Source: Auanema rhodensis (lineage: Eukaryota > Animalia > Nematoda). Taken from it: a DNA stretch of 64,000 nt. A program made the position numbers and the translations under genes. The stretch is taken from assembly GCA_964057225.1 (NCBI GenBank), contig OZ059896.1, forward strand, positions 17,608,001 through 17,672,000, written 5' to 3'. The notes under the pieces are model-generated. The model was not told the DNA's origin, made no database searches, and saw only the letters and a list, made by a program, of their open reading frames with translations. Shown here piece after piece: positions 1-13,523 of the stretch. Position 1 is the stretch's first letter; every line of letters starts with the position of its first letter.

Positions 1-2403
1 TATCAAATGAATACAACTCGTTTCAATGATGGTAAAGATGCCCAGGTAAACAAATAGTTACATCATAATCGTCATCATCACCATCATCGCCATCATGTTC
101 CCTGAGGCTAAATTCCGGAACTGCATACTCAGTTTATAGAGTATGTTGTTTTATATTATTAAATAAAGATATAATATACTAAAACTTAATCCAAATGTGA
201 TTTGAACAAAAACTAGTAGTTTTGGTACATGTTACTTAAAAAAACTATCAACAGAGATAGAACCGTTGATCAACATATTTGCGGAAAACAAACTGAACGC
301 AACTATGGTTTAATTGAGAATGAAATTTTGAAGAAATTGATTGAGAAGTAGAATAAACTTAAGATGCTCCAAAAATTAAAAAGTTAAGGCCTTTTTGGTA
401 CGGATCAAATAAGAAAATTGTGACGAATCAGTCCCTATTAAAGAAATGCTGGGAAAAGGAATAAGAAATACGAGAGAGAAAGGGAGAGAGAGAAGGAAGT
501 TGAGAGAGAAGAAGGGAGAAAAAGAGAAAGAAAGAGATGGACAGAGATACTAAAATGGAAACATTTTTCGAGAGAACCATGAGAAACAATAATGTGAGGG
601 ATATGCAAAAAAAATGAAGAGATAGGGAGTCAAATAGAGTAAGAGAGAACGAGAGAATCATCTGGTTATAGAAAGGTGAGGTAGAATAAAGAGATGAGAC
701 GAAGATGAATCAAAAAAGAATTCAGAAAAAGGAGCGGGATCAGTTGTGCAAATAGAACGGACACTATTTCTCGTGGACAATAAACTTCACATAAAGTGAA
801 AAAGAAACAGAAGCAATATGGTATGAAATAGAGAGAAAAAGATGAAGCATAAAGTGAAAGATTATATATATGTACATACATGTATAGAGGGCCAGAGAGT
901 TTAAAATTTGTAGTTCTGGAAGCTTGTAAAATCACCAAAAAAATGTGTCTATATTTGGACATGGCAATTGAATAATGATGGATATTCGTGTAAATAGCTT
1001 CCAATTAATATAATTTGTACATCCTTGTATATGAAATATTTCTTTTGTGGAGCAATATGCTCGAAATAGAAATCTTCAAAATGTTGTTGTTCTTTCAAAT
1101 GTGCGGACTTGTTTTTTGAATCACATAACTGTATTGATGTAACACAATAAAGATATTGTTCGAGCATTCTGTTATTAAGTTCAGCTGTTTTGTACTTTGG
1201 GATGGCATTTAACATCATTATTTCTGACATAAAGCTGATAAGTTGTAAGACAGAATTCTTACAATTTTGTTCATAAAACATTACTAAAGGATGTGGTTGA
1301 CTTTAGAAGAGTGAACTAAGTTTATTTACATGATTTACTAACTAAAAGTAAACATATGGACATTAGAGGTATGTATATAGAAAACGAGAATCGTCATCAA
1401 TTGTTGAAAAAAAATGGAAATAGGCAATATAATAGTTTTCTGAATATCAAACAACGCCAACTGTTATTGTAAATTGAAAAATTAAAATTTCACTTAATTT
1501 TTTTAAATAAAACAGTTTATTTACTCAGAAAGTATGGTATATGCGGTCGGCATCACTTGCCTGTCAGAGCGAGAGTAGGCAAATCAAAGATTTTTTGAAT
1601 TCAAACCTTCAATTTGTTTCTTTCTCTCGATTCTCCGTCCTTTGGTTGTTCTCTTATTTTCTGGTTTATGACCGATTTTTTTGGAAAATAAAGTCTTAAG
1701 CCCGAACAAGCTATTCGACCGTCTTTGCTCTCTTACGTCCAATGACAAATTTTTTGGAACATGAGAACTGATTTAACATAAAGAAAAGAGGAAAGGTTTG
1801 AGAGAACAAAGCTAAGATGGAGTGATGGCCGAACAAAACAAAATAAAGAGATAGAGTTGAAAATGCACAGAGAAAAGAAAAATAGAATAAGAGAAAGAGC
1901 TTGGGATAGTGTCACCATTTTCGGAATCCGGAGATGACAACTGGATAGCTGTGGTTAAACCGGATTCGAAGATTGGGTAAACGGCTTGAGAGCATCGGAG
2001 CCTCTATGATTTACCGTATCATAGAAACTTAGACGATTTGCGAACTGCGGTAAACTGAGACTGACAGTGAGCCTGCAATGTGCTGAAAAGCAAGATAAGC
2101 ATTTTTGTTGTATGGAATAAACAATCTAGCATCTTTTTTATTTTTTTCTATTCAGCAAGATAGTTAAAAACGTAGACATAAATTTATAGTTTCCATCTTC
2201 CACTGCTGCTTGAATGAGAAAAATAGAAGACCAACTTTAAAAGCTTTTATCATTCTCTTCTGACGTCATGAGGCATAGAAAAAGTATTCACCAACTTGAG
2301 TTTGAGTGTATCGTTTGGCGATTCTTTTCATCATGCACTATACTAACTGACTGATTTGTGATAAGTACAGGTATATCTGTGATACACACAAACACACACA
2401 CAC

Positions 2404-2531
<128 letters not shown>

Positions 2532-4627
2532 GAACAGAAGGAGTGAGACAAACATTAAAAGTTGAAAAAATACTTTTATCAGATTAGTTTGTAGCAACAG
2601 TTAAGGTAATATGTACATAGGAAGACGAGGATCTCTATTTGCTCTAAATGAGCTCGCTCCGACTGGCACATACAGCTCAGCTTCATCAAAGCCACTTCAT
2701 TTCTTTTCCAAAAATCAACAAAACTTAACATTTTTTGTGACCAAAAAATTATTTGTTCTATTGACCATATGAAATATGTGTAGAATGATTACAAATATAG
2801 AAAAATATATGTAATAAGTATATATATAATATATATTATAAAATAAAAAAAATATTAACATTATAATAAAAACTGTTATAAAAGAATGTATGCAACAGCT
2901 TTTATAAATATTCGAAGAGAATAGACGGAAGGGGGTGGGGGGTTGTTGTAGCAGTTTTATATGATATTCATATATTATATGATGATTAAGAATCAAATTC
3001 TCCGTTATATATAGTTAAGATGAGGAACAAAAAAGATATAAAAACATAATATATAATCATAAAATGGTATTATATACTAAGAATATAAAATAGACAAAAT
3101 AGGAAATAATAAGAAAAAATTGATTCAAAGAAAATGTAATGTGAAGAGTGCTAAATATGCAAAAAAATTGAATCATGATTGATTACACACAGACGGAAAT
3201 GTTTGGTTGATATTTTGCAAAACAATTTGGAAGAACCTACAATAATTTGTAATTTATGACAAATTTAATCGAAAGAACTTCTATGTGGAAGTGAATTGAG
3301 GACAAAGAAATCATATTTGAGAGGTAAAAGAAACTGAGTAAAAATACTATAGAGGTAGTAAGTAGAAGAGAGGGAGAGTGAAAAAAAAAGAAGAGTTAAT
3401 AAAAAGGAGAGAGAGAGAGAGAGATAAGTGTAAGTACAAGCAGAGTGACAACGAAGAAGACGGTCACCCTCCGTGAGTCGTGACCATAGTTGTTGTCTGA
3501 CCATCGTCGATGGTTTTTTTCTGACGAAAAGAAACGAAAAACGAATGACACCAGAAGAACTAAACTAGTTAAAAACTAAATAAACTAATTTCTATTAAAT
3601 AAATCAAATAAAATAATTCATAAAAGCATCAAAATGTTTTTTTGTTCTTTTATATGAAAAGGAATTCAAAAAATGCTCAAAAACTGATCATGTATCGACA
3701 CTACAGTTTGAATGAGCTGTTTTAATCTCGCAATCTTAAATCAAGCAGTTTCATTTAAAAATTTAAACTAATAAGTTAAAAATGAAGAACAAAGTTTATA
3801 TTAAACGAGCAAAAAACATTTTTATAACATCATATACAAATGATGTGTATCGTATCTTCTCATAATTTCTCATATTCAACAATCCCCTCTGGTATATCCT
3901 TTCGAGTATATGGATTGAATGCTTTATGCGGCTGAATCAATAGGGTCTATACAAAGTTTTATGATAAAAATAAATAAATATGTATATATGATAGATGTTT
4001 GAATAAATTTTAAATACAAATTCAATGAGGAGAAAAATATTTGAATAATTGTTAATACCAAAATATAATTGTCTAATTTAAATAATAAAAAAACGGTTTT
4101 TTGTATATTAGACTAAAGATTTTCATAGTTTTTTTTCAATTCCTTTTGTTAAGAAATTGTGTGTTTGAATATAGAATTTATAAGAATAGATAATAAAGAA
4201 GTATAGAAGATATGCATTTGACGTCGAAATTCACGTTCGAAGTGAGATGTTTTCTTTATTTTTTGTCGGAAAACGGTATGAAACGGTTGCTTCAGTGTTA
4301 TTCGTTTATCTTTTTTTATTTCCCTTTCCACTTTTCTTCTTTCTTATCTATTTTCTTCCTAATATTTTCTTCCCTCTCTATTTTTCTCTCTTTCTCTTTC
4401 TCTCTCTCTCTTGTTTTTTTCTATTTTTCTTTGTCTATCTCTTTCTGTCGTCCCACCAAACTCCACGTTTGATGTTCTTGCAGCATTTTACTCATGCTTT
4501 AAATCTTTATTTACTTCACTCATTTGCTATTATATCGATAAGAAAATATTGTATTATTCTGTGTTCAAAACAACATATGAAGACTAAGAATTTAAAAATT
4601 TAAAAAATTTATATTGATATCGGATGT

Positions 4628-7600
4628 TTATAGGCATCCAACGGGGACGCGAAGCTTTTGGACAAGGTATTCATCTAATCTATCGAGCATAGACTTTGGA
4701 AGATATCCCTTGCGAGACATTTTTCTGAACATATCAGCCTTGGTATCAGACTTAGATACACACTTGAAGACGGTGTTAACTTCAGTGGTCTTTGAAGCTC
4801 CATTAGAACACTTAAGGATTGGCTTGTCAGAGAAACACATACGGCTGTTCTCCTCGATGACGTGAGTGGAATTTTTGTGCTAAACGTTAGTAGAATAAGA
4901 AATCATAAATGAATGTAATATAAGAGCTTACTAGATCCAAGCTCGAACTTGTCCTTTGGCATCTCCTCAACAATTTCTTCCATTCCCATGTATTCGTAGT
5001 TCTCTTTCTTGCTTAAAACCATATCTTGGTTCTTGCACTCCTCGATCAAGTAGCTACGGTGGAACTCTTCGATGTTCTCAGTGTCTTCGTTGTCAGCACG
5101 ACGAAGATCGTTAGACTCCTGAAATAAATATGATAAAACTACTGCAAAATACTTTAAATGCTACATCGTTGTCGTAGTGTCCGCACATTCCGCATTGCTT
5201 GTTCTTGAAGAGTGGAGACATCTTGATCTTGGTCTCGTATCCGTTGAAGATAACGGTCAAGTATGGAAGTTCGATCTCGTAGGTCTTTTCAGACTTCAAA
5301 TAGATGTGATACTTCTCCATGGTCTTTACGTTGCTGATGATTTCGTTGTTAACCTTGACGTACATCTTTCCGGTAGAACGCTTCTCAAGCTCATAAATGT
5401 TCTTTCCAGACACGACTTGGATGGTTAATTCCTCGCTCTTATCCTCAGTCTTTTTAGCGAGAACCAAGAATTTGGGCTTTTCAGTCTCAGAGCAGTCTTT
5501 GGCAACAATGGAATAACAAGTGGTTAATGGAGCACGGTAGACAACACGGTCGAAGGTCTTCACCTTTGATTCAGAGACCTTGCACTCGGCGCGGACTACA
5601 TTTTCCATCTTGTTAATGACGTGCTTGACGTTGTGAACTGGTCCATAATGAGTTTGAATGTTGAGAACTGGAAGACGGTATGGCATACGCATCTTGTTAA
5701 AAGTAACTTCTTCATCATCCTTTCTGATGGTCAAGTTGCAGTATTGACGGTCTACTGGCTCAATAGTGAGATAGACAGCGAGGCGGTGCTCCTTCAACTC
5801 AGTATCAATAGTCTTGTAGTCAACATCCATCCAGTTGTAGATTCTAAGGATAGTCATGATATTGTCAATACGCTCCTCGAGGGCACGATCAAGATGGTAG
5901 CTAGCAACAAGGTTGTATTGGTCGAGACGGCCGGCTTCAGAGAGAATTTCATAAAGCTTCCAGCTGTTCTCAGCCTTCTTAAGGTTGTTCTTCTCAAAAT
6001 CGGAATTCTTCATCAGGTCGCTGAACCACTCACGTTGTTCCTTGCTGTGCTCTCCGTGGAGTTTAAGGTTAACGAAGTATTTCTCGTCAGATCCCCAGTT
6101 GACTTGAAGGAAACTAACGACATCACGGTGAAGTTGTTTCTTCAACTCTTCCAAGCTCCAGGAGAACTTGGGGTAGAGAGTTTGAGCGACGGCGCGAAGC
6201 TTCCAGTCAGAGGTTTCAGTCTTCAATGGAATGCGATCTGCCTCAACGGACCAACGGCAATAACGCATGTGCTCGTCACAGGTGGTTTCGACCAAGAATT
6301 CGGCCATCTTGGCTTCTGGGGACTCAGAAGATTCAAGATGCATCTTGATGAAGTGCTTGTAAGCCTTTTCGATGTTCAATTCCTTGTAATACTTGTTGAA
6401 GTGCTCTAACTCTTCCTCGTTCTTGTCTTCACCCTTGTAGAAGTCTTCGAAGTGAGGGTTGAGCATGTTTTCGACTACCTCGAAAAGCTTAGTTCTCATC
6501 TGAACAGTGTATTCACGTGGCATAACGGTCTTAACGAAGTCAAGATCGAACTTGTGGTTGGCAAAGAAGGTATAGATTGGGTGGTAGTTGTAGGTATTAC
6601 GCTCAACTGGCAAGTTGAATTCTCCCTTAACCTCAACGTCAAGTCCGGTGTTCTTGAAGTAGTTGCGGACGTAGTTGATCTTGTTCCACAATCCAAGGTT
6701 GTTCTTGAGTGTGATCTCTTCTGGCTCAGGATAGTGCTTAATTCCAGACTTCCAGACTCCCATGAAAGTGTATGGGTGTGAGCGGATTTGGACAAGCTTT
6801 TGAGAGGATTCGAAGGTCTTCCAGATATTGCGAAGAATGACCTCTCCGTTCTCCCAGGATCCAATAGTTCTCAAGTTAATTGGGAAGTTGACAAAGAGAT
6901 GTTGGTTGACTCTGAGTCCGTGTTGAACAAGACGAGTGTTGAAGGAAACCTCAACTTGGTGGGCAAGGGTGACGATTGGTTCAGCTTGAAGATGAAGGTT
7001 GAATCCAGTCCATTTCTTGCTATCAACAGGAGTGAGCTCGAGCTTAGCCTGTCCCTTAGCGGAGAAAACTACTGGGAGACGAGCTGTAAACAAGCATGGA
7101 AGTCCATTGTAGGCAGGTTTCTTAACAGCCAACTCATAAACATAGAAGACAGAGTTGAAATTGAATGGAAGGTTTTGAGCGAACATCTCTTCGATGGATC
7201 CGATCATGATTTTTCCATCTTGAATGAGGTTCTTGATGGTCTCTGGCACGTTTTCCAAGTCAAGAGGAACGAAAGCGAAGTCCAAATCACGGAAACGGAA
7301 GTAGATGACAGCGCGGGAATCGTTCTTGTTAACGGTACGACGGGTGATTCCAACCTTCTGAATGAGGCTGCGGATGTACTCGACTGGGTTGATTCTGATC
7401 TCTCTCTTTCCACGGACAATAAGGTTTTCCATGGAGATCTTCTCGTGCATCTCGAAGAACTTCTGGAGAAGAAGATCAACGTTGTGTTGGGTAATTCCGA
7501 AGTCAAGAAGGCTATTTTGCCATTCAGATCCGAATACTCCTTCAAGACTGGCGCGGACTTCTTCAGGGAGAAGGCTGGAGTTAGTGAAGATGGAGTCAAG

Positions 7601-9821
7601 CTTTAATCCAAGTCCGGCTTCCCAGAGGTTATCGTACATGGTCCACTTGTTTTGTTGAGAAAGCATAATCTTTTCGGTTTCTGGGTAAAGAATTTCGAGT
7701 TGGCGAACACGTTGAGCAAACTTGCGCTCGTGAACAAGCTTAGACTCAGCAATAGCCTTCAAACTGCTGCGAACGTAGGTGTGCATTTGACGGCTACGCT
7801 CGGTTGTCAAGCGCTTGATAACTTGGAGAATGAGGGACTCGGATGGCTCAGTGCGGAGAATTTGAGCCCAAGCGGCCATGCGAACTTCTTGAACTTCGGT
7901 TTGATCAAGAACAACAGAGAGAAGAATCTTCTGGATCTTCAAAGGCATGCGAAGACGGCGGAGAGCATAGATAGATTCGACACGGGCTTCAGATTGGTGT
8001 TGACGGTTCATGATGTACTTCTCAAGAGCATGAACGGAGATGTCGATTCCAGCGTTGGCAATGGTCTTAAGAAGAAGGACCTTCTCATAGCGGTCAGAAG
8101 CGCTGTTAAGCTTGTTGAAAAGCTTCTCAATAAGTTTCATTTTAAGTTCACGGTTGCAGATTGGCATGGAGTTCTTAGGGTTGTTGTACCAGTTGATTCT
8201 TTCAACCTTCTGTCCACAGAATCCGTTAAGGAGAGCTCCATAAGTAAGCCAGCAGGATTGGCGAACAACATTGTTACGTTGAGCTTGGGAGCTCTCGCAG
8301 AAGTTGTAGATATCCTCAGAGATATGTTCAGAAGATCTGGGGACTTGAGTGAGAGTCTTAAGAACTTGAACAGTCTTGGCGGCGGTAATTTGGTTCTTGT
8401 AGAACTTCTGGAGAAGGTGACGAATGGTTGAACGGGATCCAGCAATAGCAAGAGCATCAGTGAAGTAATCACGGACCTTCTCTTGTTCGCGCTCGCTCAA
8501 TTTGGTGAAGAGCTCAGATTTGAACCAGACCTTTTCGATTTGACGAATTTCAGTCTCAGATGACCAACGAAGAACTTGAACGAAACGAACAAAGCAGTTG
8601 GCAAACTCAGGCTTGTCAATGTGCTCAACTAATTTCTTAAGAACACTGAAGACAACATCTACACGGTTCTCGAAGCTAACGATCTCACGTTGATACTTCT
8701 CTTCACCAGTCATCATGAATTTCTCCTCAGCGATTTCGCTAGCCATGTTGTAGATGACATCCTCCTTTCGGACTTGTCCAACCAACTTGTAGTCCTTTCT
8801 GATAGGCTCTTCCTTGATGAGCACAAGCTTGTTCATGGTCTCAGCGGTGAAGAGTGGCTCAGCAGACTCAACGAAAGATTGGAACATCTGACGTCCAGTG
8901 AACATATTTTTGACAGGGATCCATTGACGCTTATCACTGTCCATTCCAAGGGTAAGTTTGTGGTGAACATAGTCGGTGCTATCCTTCTTGAGAAGGTCAG
9001 TAAATCCAGAATACAATTCTGGGACGTAGCTGCAGTTGTCGAAGTTGACGTACTTGATGTATTCGAGTTCAGTCTTGTTCTCGAAGTTCAAAACGTACTT
9101 GACGTCACATTGACCGTAGAACATGCGCTAGAAATATCACGCTTGAAATAGAAACTCGAAAGATAACTCATACCTCGTGAGCAACAAACTCCTTGTAGTC
9201 AGAAACTTCACTCAAAACTTCATCGTCATTTTTGAACAAATCGACTCTCTTCTTGTTGAGATTGACCTATTCATGAGTTTATATCAGAATACGGTTTTAA
9301 AGAACTAACCTGGAGCATATCAACGATGCTCTTTTTGATGTTCATGGACCACATGTCATCCTTGGTCAAGAACTCGATCTCGTTGACCAAACCATTCTTG
9401 TAGTTAACACGGAAAGGAAGAGTCAAGAATTCCTTGAGCTCCTGCAACACAAAAAGAAAATTCATAAAATCATAAAAAAATGAAAAGAAAGCAATAAAAA
9501 ACTTTAAATTAAACTTACAGCAGAATAACTGTCTTGGTCAACGGTTTCTCTGACAATCTTTCCATTTTCAATGTTGTTAACAAGAATATTCTTAGCCTCG
9601 ACGTAGAGCCATTCGTTGTCCTTAGTAGGAGTAACAATGATATCAGCAGCCAAATTAGCGTAGCTACGAGAATCAGAAGAGAGTGGAGTTCTTGAAGTCA
9701 TCTTAGACTCATATCTGTATGTATATTGACGTCCATTGGCAAATCCAAAGTTCTCATTAGAGATTGGGATTGAAGCCAGAGCTAGACTCGCGAGGAGTCC
9801 GACGGCAACCAGAAGCCTCAT
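4628..9821 (-). CDS. vit-6: Vitellogenin (yolk lipoprotein precursor), vit-6-like, ~1640 aa, 6 exons: 9821-9519, 9441-9310, 9266-9174, 9127-5165, 5118-4932, 4879-4628
   Basis: Signal peptide MRLLVAVGLLASLALA; Vitellogenin_N-like start (FANGRQYTYRYES); 1337-aa ORF with KTIANAG; RGKR convertase-type site; VWD domain (VKTFDRVVY...CYSIVAKDCS...QCGMCGHYD); Cys-containing tail (MCFSDKPILKC...VPVGCL*). Introns are short and GT-AG. The last junction has a one-base phase mismatch (see findings). The vit-6 subtype is inferred from recall of the C. elegans protein. Confidence 0.93.
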
Positions 9822-9908
9822 ATTGCTGAATCTGGTAGTTTAGAGGAGAGGCAGATCCAATCAGATGCTACACACACTCAGACAACGGTATTAATGAATT
9901 ATCAAGCG

Positions 9909-9961
9909 CTTATATAGAGTTGAAAGATTGACATTCGTGTGTCGGTGAAAGAAGCTATCAG
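9909..9961 (-). promoter_or_regulatory. Vitellogenin proximal promoter: TATA box, VPE1 (TGTCAAT) and GATA/VPE2-like site
   Basis: Minus-strand TATATAAG at 9909-9916, exact TGTCAAT at 9927-9933, CTGATAG at 9955-9961, all ~90-140 nt upstream of the ATG. This matches known Caenorhabditis vit promoter elements. Confidence 0.75.
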
Positions 9962-10570
9962 TATTGGATGAACATATGAATGACAGCTGCCCGCTCTTAG
10001 AATGCTTAGACCCTCATATCAAAGTCCTTTAACATACATAACTTTAAATTTTCTTTTTCTACATTTACTCTTGCACAATTTCATCATTTATTTGGTTATA
10101 ATTAAGAAATGATTCTGAACAAAAGTATTGAGCAAGGGAGAATGGGGGTGGTTGAAATTGGAATATTAAGGAGATTCAGAATTCGATTAGCTCCTACTAT
10201 GAGCACATTATATACAGATTTTAATATTATTTTTTTAATTCCTCAAGTATTACAATTATTTTTTTGAATATTATCTTTTTAATTTTGATTTTTTTAATGT
10301 TATATAAGTTTTTTATTTAGAAAAAATGAAAACTGCATTAATAAGAAAAGATATATGCTGTAGTTGTACATATATTTTATATTTTTATAATTATTATCCT
10401 TTTCTTCAACTATTTGATTAATCAGAATTAATAATATGAATATTTCTATTTCTATATACATACTATATATATATATATGTAATTTATCGAAATCATTTAT
10501 TAAATTGTGCATGAAATTCAACAATTACATTTTGAAATCTCTCAATTTATTAAAGTTGTTCTTCCAAGCA

Positions 10571-13460
10571 TTAAGCTCTAACTTCCAGTAAAAGTGTATC
10601 TGTTTTAACTTTTTTCTTGCAAAGTAATGGTAATTCTTTGGCAGCACGTTGAGCCTTAAAAATTTGATTAGAAAGTGTATTCCTACAAAAACATATATTA
10701 CCTCTTCAGGTGTTTTTCCTTTTGTCTCAGGTAAATAGTAATAAAGAATAATGGCTGAGATGATACATGGGGGAAAGAAGAGCAGAAGATAAGCTAGAGG
10801 TCCTCCTAATACAATCTTTAATGGGAAATATACAGCAAGCAGAATGGATCGTCTGAAAATCAATTTGATCGGATAAGATCTATCATGAATACGCTGTAAA
10901 TTTTATGAAACAGTATGAGCTTTTTCTTGGAAACCTAATGAAAATGAACGTACACTCCATTAAAAACTACATTCACCCATGTACAAGCTGCTCCACGACC
11001 ATTCTGAGAGACTAATTCACCTAAAAACAGCTGATAAGCTGTTGTTGTTGTAAGTTGTAAGTTTCTAACCTGTTATAAAGAATGATATGGGAGCAGGTCC
11101 AACACAGATTACAAAGTTGAAAATGCAAATTGCTAATACAACTCCCCATCCAATTATAAGATTCTTAAATAAATAAATATATATTTTTTTATAATTTCTT
11201 TATTAACAACCGTTTATTTTGGTCTTTTAAATTTAAGTTAAAACGTACACCAGATTTCTCGAATAAGATCATAAACATGTAGATTATAACATTGATAAGG
11301 CCCAACAATCCAAATGTACTCAGAAGTAATGGTCGTCGTCCTTTACGATCAATGAGGAAGGACGAAAAGATGACTCCGAACTAGAACATCGTTTTTGGTT
11401 AAAAATAACTTTTTTTTTTGTTGATATGGTTAAAATGCTTTTCTATTTAATGATTAGAATATTTTTTTTGTTTTTTGTTTGGATTCCTTCTCTCTTTCAG
11501 TCTACTTTTGCAATCAGTTTAATCTTACCACAGTCATCAAACAGAAGGTAATATTACCAATAGAAGCTTCAAGAGATGAGAGTCCCACGGATTGAAGAAT
11601 TTCAAAGGCAAACGCATTGATAGCTATAATATATTTATATTATCTTTAAATTTCTGATACAGATAATCAGTTTCTAACCAGCAATTCCACTCAATGTGGT
11701 AGCTGTAATGATTGTTGAGCCAAGGAGTGTTCCTCTTAATGATTGCTTATCCTCAAAATCATATTTCCATAACAAATTTATAACATGAAATTATAATAAA
11801 CCTTGAATACAGAGAACAATCCAAATGTTTCCTGTTGTCCATTAGTCTGCTCCAGCTCAATAATAAGCTTTTCAGCGCTGCATTCTGTAATTTTTAATCA
11901 AATTTTCATATTTAATATAGTTTTTTAAATCTAATTTTTTTAATATACAATCAAATAAAATAGAATAGACTTTAATTATATTTTTTTGTTGTTGATAATA
12001 ATTGAGTTAATTGTAAGTAATTGGTCTAACCATCAATATCATGATAATAAATGACAGACAATTTGGCTTGTTCTCGTTTTGCAAGTGATAACAAATATCT
12101 GAAAAAATAGAATTAAAAAATAAAAATTCTTATAATAATCTTAATAATAAAAACAAAAAAGCAGTAATGTCATTCAAGTTATGGCCTTATTTGCTGTTTT
12201 TTTTAAATATTAAGATAAAGCCGTCAATCATAGATGGTGTACCTGCATTTTCATCTCAAATCTCTCTTTCTTTCTCTCTTGCTCTCTCTCTCGCTCATTT
12301 GAATGTATATTATCTCTTAATTTTTATATAATTTTTTATAAATTTGAAACTTTATTTCGAATATTTCAGTGATATATAGTTTTCGATTATCTGATAACAT
12401 ACCCTGGACTTTCTTTCATGAAAGCACAAACAATTGTGACAATTATGGTGAAAACAAGCTCAATGGCATATAATATCCACCAGTTATCTTTTGTTCCCAA
12501 AACCTAAAAATATTGTTAAAATGATAATTATTGGTTATTTGATATGTTGAAACTGCTTTCTGTTACATCTTTTCTCACTAATATTATGCAATTTTCATTC
12601 TGATAACAGTTGAAACAGCAAAATCGTATGAAAATGTAATACATGCCTGAGGCATTGCTACAGTAGCTCCAACAACTAAAGCTATTTGTATCATAATTCC
12701 AGTAGCTAATGAGATCACCCCACGACATCTGGCTGGGCTGCAAAAATAAATTAAAGATATACCTTATTTTTTATTTTGAAACTTTGAATTTGACTATACT
12801 GTATGAATTAATTAAATTCATTTAGATCATTACCTACATACCTACATTCGGTTATAAATAATGGAGCAATACCAAGTGAAATTGATATTGCTGCTCCAAG
12901 TATAATACGAGAAACGGCATATAGTATATGATTAATGATCTGAAAGTATTTTATAGTTAATATTAGTTACTTTGAAGTATGTTATACAAAAAAGCTTATA
13001 ATTGATAATGCACATCCAATAGATTGGAATATGAGTGAAATCACTAAGCCTCGTGTTCGTCCAAATTTATCAGCAACATATTGAATGAGAAATGCTCCAA
13101 TTGTTGCTCCCCAAAACAATGTGGATACAATAATACCCCAATTGGCCTGAAAGTTAAATAATGTTTCATAAATGCTATTACATATGTATATTTAAGTTCA
13201 AAGTTCAATTGATGAGTTATATGATAATTATTGTAAATTAAAGCTAATTGACATACTTCAAGTTCATTCGTTTTTAAATGGATTCCTTGATTAATTAGAG
13301 ATGAATTAGTAAATTGAATGAATGCTTCTTGAGCTGGATTAGTAATCAACAGCTGATATCCGAAATTGAAACCGCCGCCTACAATAGTAAAATTTATTTC
13401 AACAAGAATTGTAAATAGTATTCGATGACGAAGTGTACTATTGAATTCAGAACATCATAT

Positions 13461-13523
<63 letters not shown>

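Noticed and set aside
1-130. Possible exon fragment and (CAT)n-like tract at the window edge
   Set aside because: Too short and truncated to assign strand or product.
5177-9151. Long plus-strand ORFs (262, 272, 259, 153 aa and others) antisense to vitellogenin
   Set aside because: Shadow ORFs from the strong codon bias of a highly expressed gene (few TTA/CTA/TCA codons); no independent motifs.
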